From assembly GCA_002840505.1 (NCBI GenBank), contig PHBC01000001.1, forward strand, positions 131,767 through 195,766: a stretch of 64,000 nt of DNA. The letters are read 5' to 3'. The translations under genes were made by a program, and so were the position numbers. A model generated the notes under the pieces. The model saw only the letters and a list, made by a program, of their open reading frames with translations, was not told the origin of the DNA and made no database searches. Source of the stretch: Deltaproteobacteria bacterium HGW-Deltaproteobacteria-2 (GTDB taxonomy: Bacteria > Desulfobacterota > Syntrophia > Syntrophales > Smithellaceae). Below, in pieces: positions 18,101-26,427 of this stretch (its first letter is position 1; each line of letters opens with the position of its first letter).

Positions 18101-19483
18101 TCACTCGCGTTCAAAGGTGATGCCATATTTTTCCAGCTTCCTTTCTAGTGTCGGCCTGGACACTCCCAATATATCGCAAATTTCACCTTTATTTTTATCC
18201 GTCTCTTTAATAACTTTTCTGATGTAGCGCTCTTCAACTTCATCGAGTGTGAGAAATTTACCCGGCTCCGACGGTTTAAATAAATCAGTTGTCACATCAC
18301 CCGATAATTTGGAAGCATCTTCCTTGCCCAGTTCGGGGAAGTCACTGACTCCCAAAACCTGCCCTTTGGCCACGACGCAGGCGCGCACCAGCAGATTTTC
18401 CAGTTCCCGGACATTGCCCGGCCAGTTATAATTCATGAAAATTTCCATAATTTCGTCGGAAACACCAATGACCTTTTTGTGCAGATCCAAATTAATTTTG
18501 GCCAGCAGGTAGTCGATCAACGAGGGAATATCCTGACGGCGCCCGCGCAGCGGTGGCAGAGTAATGGACACGATATTCAGGCGATAATACAAATCATCTC
18601 GAAACTTTCCTTCGTTAACCAGAGTCTTTAAATCTTTATTGGTCGCGGCTATGATCCGGGCGTTGACTTTGACCTTATCTTTTCCTCCCACTCTGTCGAA
18701 TTCCATTTCCTGTAAAACCCGCAGGAGTTTCGCCTGCAGGTTGACGGACATTTCGCTTATTTCATCGAGGAAAACAGAACCGTATCGCGCCAGTTCAAAT
18801 TTGCCCAGTTTTCGGGCAATAGCGCCGGTGAAGGATCCCTTTTCATGACCGAACAGTTCCGACTCCAGAAGAGTTTCGACAATCGCGGAACAGTTTACCG
18901 CAATAAAAGGTTCGTCGGGCGAAGTATTGTTATGAATGACTTTGGCGATTAATTCCTTGCCTGTGCCGCTCTCTCCCTGAATCAGGACGGTGGTGCGGCT
19001 TTGCGATACCGTGCCGATGGTTTTAAAAATATCCCGCATTTCATTGCCGGTGCCGATGATATCCCCGACTCGGAAACTTCGGGATGGCTCCATCAAAAGT
19101 CCGTCAATCTTTTTTTCCATCTCCAGGGATTTCAGGGCTTTTTTGATCGCCAGATCCAGTTCATCAACATTGACCGGTTTGTGAATGTAATCGAAAGCAC
19201 CGCTCTTCATCGCATTAATGGTCGTTTCCATGTCGTGAAAAGCGGTTATCATGATGACCTTGACGTTTTCATTTTCTTCCTTGAGATCTTCCAGAACGGT
19301 GAATCCATCAATGTCCGGCAGGCGGATATCCAGAATGACGACATCCGGTTGTTCCTGTACATATTTATTCAAGCCTTCAGTACCGGTAAGCGCGGTACGG
19401 ACTTTGTAGCCTTCTTCAGTCAGATACAAATCCAGTGTCTCAGCAATGGAAGCGTCATCATCAATAACAAGAATACTCGGCAT
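18101..19483 (-). CDS. Sigma-54-dependent response regulator (NtrC/AtoC family)
   Basis: Receiver is ILVIDDD...ILDIRLPD. Walker A is GESGTGKE. Also KGSFTGA, ESELFGHE and the C-terminal HTH ICDILGVSRPTLERKL. Confidence 0.9.
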   Translation of the reverse strand: MPSILVIDDDASIAETLDLYLTEEGYKVRTALTGTEGLNKYVQEQPDVVILDIRLPDIDGFTVLEDLKEENENVKVIMITAFHDMETTINAMKSGAFDYIHKPVNVDELDLAIKKALKSLEMEKKIDGLLMEPSRSFRVGDIIGTGNEMRDIFKTIGTVSQSRTTVLIQGESGTGKELIAKVIHNNTSPDEPFIAVNCSAIVETLLESELFGHEKGSFTGAIARKLGKFELARYGSVFLDEISEMSVNLQAKLLRVLQEMEFDRVGGKDKVKVNARIIAATNKDLKTLVNEGKFRDDLYYRLNIVSITLPPLRGRRQDIPSLIDYLLAKINLDLHKKVIGVSDEIMEIFMNYNWPGNVRELENLLVRACVVAKGQVLGVSDFPELGKEDASKLSGDVTTDLFKPSEPGKFLTLDEVEERYIRKVIKETDKNKGEICDILGVSRPTLERKLEKYGITFERE

Positions 19484-19494
19484 AAGATATTACC

Positions 19495-22101
19495 TTATTC
19501 ATTATTTGTAACGGGTAAACGCGCGCTTTCAGTTCCCAGCGGTAAAATTATAAGCACCTTCGTTCCCTCATTCTTTTTGCTGAAAATATCAATCATTCCC
19601 TGATGAATATCAATTATTTTCTTTACCAGAGAAAGCCCCAAACCTGTACCATAATTTTTACGCGTGAAGAAAGGATTAAATATATGAGGCATATCCGCCT
19701 CGTCAATACCACTCCCATTATCCTTAATCTCCACAGCCACAGAATTACGGGTTTCATCAAAATAGCGCAATGAAACTTTGATTTCACCGTGTTCTTGCAC
19801 AGCTTCCACGGCGTTGCGGATAACATTTATAAAAGCATCTGTTATCATTGCCGCGTCAACCGTCACGGACGGGACATCGCCAAACTCCATCCGCACATCA
19901 ATTTTTTTATCAGCAATTCCTTTCTCCGACATCGCCAGTGCCTGCTCCAGAACTTTGGACAAAGCTACAGAGACTTTTTTCGGTTCCACTGGCTTGGCAA
20001 AAGCTAAAATATTATTGACCAGCATTTCCAGATGGTCCACTTCTTTCTCAGCAATTTTGAACCTCTTCAAATCGTTTCCTTCGGGAGTCATACGCTTGGT
20101 CAGTATCTGCAGACTCATTTTGATTGAAGAAAGAGGATTGCGTATTTCGTGAGCAATGCCTGCCGAAAGCTGGCCTAACGCTGCCAGTTTCTGGCTGTCA
20201 TAGAGTTTCTTTTCCAGATTTTTAAATTCGGTAATATCGCGCTGAACCAGAATATAATGATTGGTTCCCATAACAGGTGTTGTTGTAATCAACAGGTTGT
20301 GCTTGCGCCCATCTTTGCCTGTCGCTTCAATTTCGTAGGGTTTGTAAATTCCTTTTTTGGCTTCTTCCCATTTGGACAAAACAAAATCTTCATATCCGGG
20401 AGTAACAAAATCCAGAAAATGCTTGTTAATAAATTCGCGCGAAGAGGATTCTCCCTTTTTCTTCAAACCCCGGCTCATAAAATTGATGATGCCGTTTTCA
20501 TCTATCTCATAAATCTTATCCGGTAAACTGGTAATGATTGTCTGAAGATAATTATATAAATCCTCAATCCGCCGTCGCAGTTCGATATTTTCAATCAATT
20601 CATTCTGCATTGTCTCGGCGTATTCACTTAAACTTTTTGTCATCTCTCTTTCGCGCGAAATATCCTGCAGTGTTTCAATCGCAGCTATAATTTTACCTTT
20701 TTCATCACTGATGGGAGCCGCCAGAAAATATAAAACCCTCCCGCGGCCGCCAAGATTTTCAAAATAATCAGTCGCTTCATAAGCGCCCAATACCTGCTCG
20801 GATTTTTTTACTTTCTTTGTGCCATAATACTTGCTTAAATCCTCCAGCTCATTATCGATGATCAAATCAGCAATCAGCGGCCTTTTAACTGAATAAAAAG
20901 CTTTGTAGTGATTACTGGTTCCAAGCATGTCTTCGGCGGAATAACCTGTGAGTTCGGTGCAGGCACGATTCCATAATATAACATTATGTTCGTTGTTAAT
21001 AACAAAACTGGGAATGGGCGAACCTTCAATAATACCTTCTATTGTTTTCTTCTCTTTAAGCAGTTTCTCCTGCCAATCCTCCCGTTCGCGGAGCCTCTTC
21101 TTTCCTTCACTGACGCGCAGTCTCTTGCCCTCTTTGTAGGCAAAAGATAAACCGGCAACAATAACCACCAGAATCAGCAGAAATGAAATAAAAAGCGTAT
21201 AAACGAAAGTTTTACGAATGGGAGAAATTACCTGGCTGTACGGAGTGATCACGCAAAGAATCCATTTTTTATCCCCGGCCTGCAACGGATGAAAAGCAAT
21301 CACGCTGCGTTGCAGCTTATTATCACTTTGGCGAACTAAAGCCTCAAAGTAATCACCATTGTCCGATGAAAGATCAATTGGCGTTCCTTTATTGTCACTC
21401 AATAGATCTTGTAAGTTTTTACCTACAAATGCCGGATCGTTATGAACAATTATTTGCTGTTTTTCATCTGCCAGCCATACTTCTCCCATTTCATTGTATC
21501 TGGCTTGTTTTTCATATTTATCGACAACAGCCGTCAAAGAAAAAGCAACTATCCACGCTCCGGCGAAATTACCATCCCGGCCCTGCAGCGGACACCCGAT
21601 TATCAGATATCTGTCTTTCAGGCGGGCCATATTCCACTGCTCCGATATAGCAAGATCAAGGTAGGATTTCTGATGCTTACGGATAATTTTAAAGTGATCG
21701 GATAAATTCACCAACACGGCATTATTACGCGGATAAATATCCTTTACCTTGCCTGTTGCATCAAAAAAAACAATTGCATTCAGAGTATTTCCCCAGCCGG
21801 CAGACAATATTTTGTAGTAATGATCCATTTCTGCGGAAGGTTTTCGCAGATCAGGTTTGAAGTTCGAAAATAAAGCGATGTTTTTTTCAACCTGCAAGAA
21901 AACATCGGTCATTCGTGTTGCAGTATTTTTTACATGGGCAAATTGCTGGCGGCTGAAGAGCTCTACCATTTCTTTTTCACGGGCGCTGTTCACTGTAAAC
22001 GCCAGAAGTAGAATCAGGATAATTACCGCGGCGCTCGCGAACAGGATGCGGGCTTCCAAGACCTTATAAAGTAGATTATTGATCCTACCGAAAAAAGTCA
22101 C
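19495..22101 (-). CDS. Membrane sensor histidine kinase (periplasmic Cache-like domain, two PAS-like regions, HisKA, HATPase)
   Basis: Two TM segments flank a domain of about 270 aa. The H-box is GIAHEIRNPL, with N/G boxes NVIRNAVEA and DNGSGI...GTGLGL. Confidence 0.85.
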   Translation of the reverse strand: MTFFGRINNLLYKVLEARILFASAAVIILILLLAFTVNSAREKEMVELFSRQQFAHVKNTATRMTDVFLQVEKNIALFSNFKPDLRKPSAEMDHYYKILSAGWGNTLNAIVFFDATGKVKDIYPRNNAVLVNLSDHFKIIRKHQKSYLDLAISEQWNMARLKDRYLIIGCPLQGRDGNFAGAWIVAFSLTAVVDKYEKQARYNEMGEVWLADEKQQIIVHNDPAFVGKNLQDLLSDNKGTPIDLSSDNGDYFEALVRQSDNKLQRSVIAFHPLQAGDKKWILCVITPYSQVISPIRKTFVYTLFISFLLILVVIVAGLSFAYKEGKRLRVSEGKKRLREREDWQEKLLKEKKTIEGIIEGSPIPSFVINNEHNVILWNRACTELTGYSAEDMLGTSNHYKAFYSVKRPLIADLIIDNELEDLSKYYGTKKVKKSEQVLGAYEATDYFENLGGRGRVLYFLAAPISDEKGKIIAAIETLQDISREREMTKSLSEYAETMQNELIENIELRRRIEDLYNYLQTIITSLPDKIYEIDENGIINFMSRGLKKKGESSSREFINKHFLDFVTPGYEDFVLSKWEEAKKGIYKPYEIEATGKDGRKHNLLITTTPVMGTNHYILVQRDITEFKNLEKKLYDSQKLAALGQLSAGIAHEIRNPLSSIKMSLQILTKRMTPEGNDLKRFKIAEKEVDHLEMLVNNILAFAKPVEPKKVSVALSKVLEQALAMSEKGIADKKIDVRMEFGDVPSVTVDAAMITDAFINVIRNAVEAVQEHGEIKVSLRYFDETRNSVAVEIKDNGSGIDEADMPHIFNPFFTRKNYGTGLGLSLVKKIIDIHQGMIDIFSKKNEGTKVLIILPLGTESARLPVTNNE

Positions 22102-22286
22102 CTATTTTCATTGTCCTTTTTATCTTCTTTGTGAGAAAGCCTGATGCCTATCAGAACATAAACCAGAATTGCTGCCGTAAGTGAAATAAGAAGTTTTGCC
22201 AAACCGCTTTCAATTTTTAAAAAATGAGAACAAACAAGCCATACGATAGGATAAGTAACTGCTGTTAAAAGCTCCTGCATGATCAT
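22098..22286 (-). CDS. Small two-TM membrane protein, translationally coupled to the kinase gene
   Basis: 62-aa ORF with two hydrophobic helices. AAGGA lies 7 nt upstream and the stop overlaps the kinase ATG. Confidence 0.4.
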   Translation of the reverse strand: MIMQELLTAVTYPIVWLVCSHFLKIESGLAKLLISLTAAILVYVLIGIRLSHKEDKKDNENR

Positions 22287-22371
22287 CCTTTAATATAAAG
22301 AGTAGTACTTTATTTAACAAATTTTTTTTATACTAACGGCCTTAGTGAAAAATTTCAACAGAAATATAAAA

Positions 22372-22387
22372 AGCAAATTCAGTGCCC
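22372..22387 (-). promoter_or_regulatory. Candidate sigma-54 promoter for the small-protein/kinase/activator operon
   Basis: The minus strand reads GGGCACTGAATTTGCT, close to consensus TGGCAC-N5-TTGCW, about 87 nt upstream of the ATG at 22286. Confidence 0.6.
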
Positions 22388-22689
22388 GCATATAAAAACT
22401 ATCGTAATAATCCAATGGATGAAAATATTTTTATGCACATTCAAGATGAATCTCAGCAAATATATTTTAATGTTTTATAACGACTCATTTAACAAAACAT
22501 TAAATGCGGCTGTAAATTTTCATGATCTTTACGTTTGTAGAAACAACTTGCGGATATTTTTCCCGTGAAACATTTTCATTTTTGTCGTATTTTTAAATAT
22601 AACAATCTCAATAAATTAGGCTGATATTTTTTTATTCACTGCATTTTTCGGCTAAAACATCGATAAATAATTTTATTATATTAAAGCAA

Positions 22690-22705
22690 TGGCATAAGTC
22701 ATGCA
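22690..22705 (+). promoter_or_regulatory. Candidate sigma-54 promoter for the c-subunit-like gene
   Basis: TGGCATAAGTCATGCA has GG/GC at canonical spacing, about 110 nt upstream of the ATG at 22817. Confidence 0.55.
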
Positions 22706-22816
22706 ATATGCGTAAAGCAAGTAAAGATTAAATTATTTCTCTTTCCCTTGACTGCTCATTTATGTTATGGAAATACGAAGTAATAATAAACACTTTATTA
22801 TGAAAGGAGACAAACA

Positions 22817-23191
22817 ATGTTACACAAATTCGGTAAAAAAATCTTGACAGCATTTACATCAGCGGTAGTTCTGCTTATGGCAACTCCGGTTGTCTTCGCG
22901 GCAGAGGCTATTCCTTCCGGCGATCTTTCTTCCAAAGCTATGTTTGCAGTGGGGGCGATGATTGCCGCAGGTTTGGCAATTGGTATTGGAGCCGTCGGCG
23001 CAGGTTTGGGTATTGGAACAGCGGCCAGTGGAGCTTGCGGCGCTGTGGGAAGAAATCCGGGCGTTCAGGGAAAAATCATGATGACCATGCTGGTTGGTAT
23101 GGCCATGGCTGAGTCCATCGCGATTTACGCGCTGGTTGTTTCTCTGGTTCTTCTCTACGCTAACCCTTACATGCGTTATTTTTTGGGTTAA
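22817..23191 (+). CDS. atpE: F-type ATP synthase c-subunit homolog with an N-terminal signal-peptide-like extension (orphan; no other atp structural genes adjacent)
   Basis: The C-terminal 83 aa is a classic c-subunit hairpin (GAVGRNPG loop; carboxylate in MAMAESIAIYALVVSLVLLYANP). The first 40 aa or so look like a signal peptide (KK, hydrophobic core, VFA-AEA). A strong AAAGGAG RBS sits at this start, and there is none at the internal ATG 22940. Confidence 0.75.
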   Translation: MLHKFGKKILTAFTSAVVLLMATPVVFAAEAIPSGDLSSKAMFAVGAMIAAGLAIGIGAVGAGLGIGTAASGACGAVGRNPGVQGKIMMTMLVGMAMAESIAIYALVVSLVLLYANPYMRYFLG

Positions 23192-23238
23192 TAAAAATTA
23201 ATTTAACACAAAATAACAAAGGTTAGGGGGAAATAGTA

Positions 23239-24546
23239 ATGTCAAAAACTAATAAAGATAAGCGGTCTTTTAGTATAGGAAGCGTGTTCTTCCTGCTTAT
23301 CGTAATCCCCTTATCATTAATGGCTTTTTTAATTGCCAACGGCATGTTTAAGCTGGGGGTTACTATAAAAGAGAGAACCGTTAACGTACTCGATAGCAAA
23401 GTTCAGGAAGATATAAAAGCTAGAGCCGTCAACGCATCAAACGAAGTTGCCAGTTTCCTCATGGAATGTAATAAAGATTTACAAATAGCAACAATCATTC
23501 CCTCAACAGAAGCTGTATACAAGCAGTTTGTTTCTGAAAATAAAAAACCTGTCTGGGTCAAAATTGACGGTAAAATACAGCAGTTATTAATCCCGCTGTA
23601 CAAAGAAATGACTCTGATTGACAAAAACGGCAACGAACAAATCAAAATCGTTGATGGTCAGGTATCGAAAAAACTGGCTAATGTCAGCAATCCGGCCAAT
23701 ACAACATTTAAAAATGAAGTTTATTTTGCTAAGACAAAAAATCTGAACAAAGGTGAATTTTATGTTTCCCCTGTAGAAGGATACTATGTCGATAAGGCAG
23801 CATTTGAAAAGGGGAAAAGATTTGACGGGATTGTCCGTTTTGCGACACCGATATTCAATCAAAGTGGCTTCGCCGGTATAATTACACTGGCGTTGGATTA
23901 CCGTCATCTGGCCGAGTTTACCGATCACCTTGTTCCTACGCAGGCGGAAAGGGTATTTGAAACCCAGGCTTCTACCGGTAATTATGCTTATATGGTAGAC
24001 AACCGCGGTTTTGTCATTTCCCATCCCAGTGATTTTCATATTGTTGGACTCAATCATGATGGAACAATTGTTCCAACTCTTTCGGCTCAAAACGCGGCAG
24101 AACTGGCCAAGAATGGTACAGAAGCGTTGAACATGTTCCAGTTAGGTTTTTTGGATCCCAATATATTTAAAATCACGAAGGAAGCTGCGCAAGGAAAATC
24201 GGGAGTATTAATGTACAAATTTGGTGGAATCAATAAGTTTGTTGCTTATGCACCGATTAAGTTTTATGCCTCAAACCTTCCTGCACCTACCGGTTTTGGC
24301 TGGATAGGACTGGGACTGGAAGTTGAGAAATATAACGAAGCGGCAACGAAGTTATCTCAAAACATTGAAAAGGAATCAAAAGCATGGACTGCGACAGTCA
24401 TCTTTATTCTTATCGCCTCCATGATTATTTTGTTCTTCATTATGATGCTTTTGGTTCGTGGAATCAGTCGTTCATTGAAGTCAGAAATTCCTGAGGGATC
24501 TGAGGGTGCGGGTTCCTTCGATGACGATGATGACGATGATAAATAA
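23239..24546 (+). CDS. Membrane-anchored double-Cache-like extracytoplasmic sensor domain protein with no output domain and a poly-Asp C-terminus
   Basis: An N-terminal TM is followed by an extracytoplasmic region of about 330 aa with Cache-like sequence character. A second TM and a 35-aa tail ending SFDDDDDDDK follow. No kinase, MCP, GGDEF or HAMP motifs are seen. Confidence 0.65.
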   Translation: MSKTNKDKRSFSIGSVFFLLIVIPLSLMAFLIANGMFKLGVTIKERTVNVLDSKVQEDIKARAVNASNEVASFLMECNKDLQIATIIPSTEAVYKQFVSENKKPVWVKIDGKIQQLLIPLYKEMTLIDKNGNEQIKIVDGQVSKKLANVSNPANTTFKNEVYFAKTKNLNKGEFYVSPVEGYYVDKAAFEKGKRFDGIVRFATPIFNQSGFAGIITLALDYRHLAEFTDHLVPTQAERVFETQASTGNYAYMVDNRGFVISHPSDFHIVGLNHDGTIVPTLSAQNAAELAKNGTEALNMFQLGFLDPNIFKITKEAAQGKSGVLMYKFGGINKFVAYAPIKFYASNLPAPTGFGWIGLGLEVEKYNEAATKLSQNIEKESKAWTATVIFILIASMIILFFIMMLLVRGISRSLKSEIPEGSEGAGSFDDDDDDDK

Positions 24547-24576
24547 CTAATTTCCATTTAATAAAATTAAATTAAC

Positions 24577-24606
24577 AAAAAGGCCGAATTTCGATTCGGC
24601 CTTTTT
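24577..24606 (+). terminator. Intrinsic terminator after the Cache gene
   Basis: AAAAGGCCGAA-tttcga-TTCGGCCTTTTT is a GC stem with a T-run. Confidence 0.75.
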
Positions 24607-24734
24607 AATGAGACTCCAATTTCAAAAGCGTAGCGTATTGAAATTGGAGTCTCAGCATCCCATTCTGCTTCGCTTCAGGGATAATTCGCTCTAAGATTTT
24701 CCGAGCACTGCGTTTCGGAAAATCAAGGCTCATT
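24607..24734. repeat. Composite palindromic repeat element
   Basis: Outer inverted ends are AATGAG...CTCATT. A perfect 16-bp inverted repeat GAGACTCCAATTTCAA-12 nt-TTGAAATTGGAGTCTC sits at 24610-24653. A second hairpin is TTTCCGA-9 nt-TCGGAAA. The 24610 module is related to 3131-3168. Confidence 0.6.
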
Positions 24735-24822
24735 AAAATAAAATGGATTTTAATTAAATACAATATATAATAATTTGTATCATTATTAATATTATTTTAT
24801 TTCAAAGAGTAAGGAGGACGAA

Positions 24823-25017
24823 ATGAACTATTTGCCGCATCTGATCGCTTTAGTTATAGGCTGCATCGTTCTTTGGATAATAAAAAGAAAATATAAAAAA
24901 ATAAATAACCGCGAATTGATCATCGTATTCATTCTTTTCATTATATTAATCGCCCTCTTTACAGAACTGGGAATGGACCTGATAAAAAGGTTTATAAGCT
25001 TTATCCAGGTAGAGTAA
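24823..25017 (+). CDS. Small two-TM membrane protein
   Basis: 64-aa ORF with a strong AAGGAGG RBS and two hydrophobic helices. A 13-bp perfect hairpin follows it. Confidence 0.45.
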   Translation: MNYLPHLIALVIGCIVLWIIKRKYKKINNRELIIVFILFIILIALFTELGMDLIKRFISFIQVE

Positions 25018-25020
25018 ACC

Positions 25021-25049
25021 CCGTTAGAAAGTCTTCGACTTTCTAACGG
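25021..25049 (+). terminator. Perfect 13-bp hairpin (terminator-like, no clear T-run)
   Basis: CCGTTAGAAAGTC-ttc-GACTTTCTAACGG. Confidence 0.4.
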
Positions 25050-25136
25050 AGTAAATGCAACCGGTAGCCGCCGACCGGGTATAAAAAGTTTGTCAAATGC
25101 ATTTTCATGTTCATATTTTGATGTGGATTGAGTGAA

Positions 25137-25391
25137 ATGAAGGGTTACCAGATAGGAAGAAAACCAAAGGAAAGCCTGGATAAATTCAACAAACTAGGTG
25201 GAATTTTGATGTTATCGGCCTGGGGATTGGCGATGGTCTTATCTTCCTTCCTTTTCTTGTTTATCGGTTATCTTGTGGACGAAATCCTGGGAACCACACC
25301 TAATTTTATGTTGTGTTCTTTCTTTCTGGCTATCGGGTTGTGTATGTGGAGGATTTATAAAGAAGCGAAGGACAGAGGAAAGCAGCTATAA
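25137..25391 (+). CDS. AtpZ/AtpR-like small membrane protein (family usually encoded at the head of F-type or N-type ATPase operons)
   Basis: FLFIGYLVDEILGTTPNFMLCSFFLAIGLCMWRIY matches the G-Y-x-L-D-x-x-L-G-T-x-P-x-F pattern of this family as I remember it. The start is uncertain (ATG 25137 or TTG 25128). Confidence 0.55.
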   Translation: MKGYQIGRKPKESLDKFNKLGGILMLSAWGLAMVLSSFLFLFIGYLVDEILGTTPNFMLCSFFLAIGLCMWRIYKEAKDRGKQL

Positions 25392-25394
25392 TTA

Positions 25395-25625
25395 TGGGCT
25401 GTTGACCGGGAGCGCATTCCCGCAGGGGAGCGCAATAATAAATGGTCACTTCCCTTGCCGGAAAAAGCCGAAGGCTTTTATAAAACGCTCATCTGTCCCG
25501 ATAAAATCGGGATTGCGCTGCAAATCGCATCGCTCAACGTATGACTATATACGCCTCGCGATACGCTTCTTGCGCGCCTCGCATCTGAACATTTTTGAAC
25601 AGTCCATGAAAAGAGATTATATATG
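25395..25625. repeat. Intergenic patch of repeat modules
   Basis: GGGAGCGCA occurs twice (25408, 25424). The hairpin AAAAGCC-gaa-GGCTTTT lies at 25462-25479. TGTCCCGATAAAATCGGGATT (25494-25514) resembles 3104-3123. CTCAACGTATGACTATATACGCCTCG (25533-25559) resembles the core of the 36.5-kb and 39.3-kb elements. Confidence 0.55.
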
Positions 25626-25679
25626 CTTGGATAATTGTTCTGTTTCTGAACAATATATCAAAAAAAACAGGCACGAGAG

Positions 25680-26060
25680 AAGATCGTAAGCCGAGTCCTG
25701 TCCCACGATTAGGTTACCCTGCACGTGGTGATGATCATTCATCTGGGACGTGAGTTGCCTCACGCCTCTAGCGACACTACCCGAGAACATCGGGCGGGCC
25801 GCCCTTAACGTTCTCCTATTTGGTCTTGCTCCGGATGGGGTTTACCATGCCTTTCCTGTCGCCAGGAAAGCGGTGAGCTCTTACCTCGCCTTTTCACCCT
25901 TACCTGGCGAAAACGCCAAGCGGTATATTTTCTGTGGCACTTTCCTTAGGGTCGCCCCCAGTCGCCGTTAGCGACCATCCTGCCCTGTGGAGCTCGGACT
26001 TTCCTCCTTTATCCTTCTTTCAAGACATGTTCTTTATAAATAATCCAGCTCTGAATAATA
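25680..26060 (-). ncRNA. rnpB: RNase P RNA, bacterial type A (both ends approximate)
   Basis: The reverse strand carries the universal blocks GGAGGAAAGTCCGAGCTCC (P4 5' strand), GGTAAGGGTGAAAAGG...GGTAAGAGCTCACC, CCGGAGCAAGACCAAATAGG, AGATGAATGAT and ACAGGACTCGGCTTA (P4 3' strand), in the canonical order. I could not resolve P1-P3 by eye, so the 5' boundary is a guess. Confidence 0.85.
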
Positions 26061-26249
26061 TTAAATAGATAGCGGCAATTAAGCTTTTAAATGCCACGGA
26101 GGCAAATAAGCCCGAATTTGCGGCAACATTTGTTTAAGTTATCTCTTGCAGATAAGAGAATATTTAAACTACTTAGTTGCCAATTTAACCTTGACAAATA
26201 AATACTACTATGATTTAAAAGCCATTTCATCACTTTTAGAGGATAAATC

Positions 26250-26387
26250 ATGAAAAAGACATTAACTAACAAAACAAATACCAAAAGAAAGAAGACACAC
26301 GGTTTTCTCGTTCGTATGGCTTCAAAATCCGGAAGGCAAGTTTTAAGCCGCAGAAGAGCTAAAGGAAGAAAACGTTTAGCCGTATAA
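26250..26387 (+). CDS. rpmH: 50S ribosomal protein L34
   Basis: My own translation gives [45 protein letters not shown] (45 aa, below the ORF-track cutoff). GAGGA lies upstream. Confidence 0.9.
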   Translation: MKKTLTNKTNTKRKKTHGFLVRMASKSGRQVLSRRRAKGRKRLAV

Positions 26388-26427
26388 ATTCAGGGCCTTG
26401 GTATCTTAATGATTGTCGTCGGTATGC

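Noticed and set aside
17913-18227. Two overlapping small ORFs (63 aa minus strand, 77 aa plus strand)
   Set aside because: Both are generated by the inverted-repeat element at 17971-18095 and overlap the end of the NtrC-type gene.
22290-22816. AT-rich 520-bp intergenic region, or the rpmH upstream region (26060-26250), as a replication origin
   Set aside because: I found no cluster of TTATCCACA-like DnaA boxes and no dnaA, dnaN or gyrB in the window. The AT-rich region is better explained by two divergent sigma-54 promoters and their enhancer region.
22940-23191. Shorter 83-aa form of the c-subunit starting at the internal ATG
   Set aside because: Kept only as an alternative. There is no Shine-Dalgarno before 22940, whereas 22817 has AAAGGAG, and the extension looks like a genuine signal peptide. 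It cannot be excluded without proteomics.
25273-25689. 138-aa plus-strand ORF overlapping the AtpZ-like gene and running through the repeat patch
   Set aside because: It is out of frame with a recognisable family member and is composed mostly of intergenic repeat modules.
25750-25971. 73-aa plus-strand ORF
   Set aside because: It lies entirely inside the RNase P RNA gene on the opposite strand.
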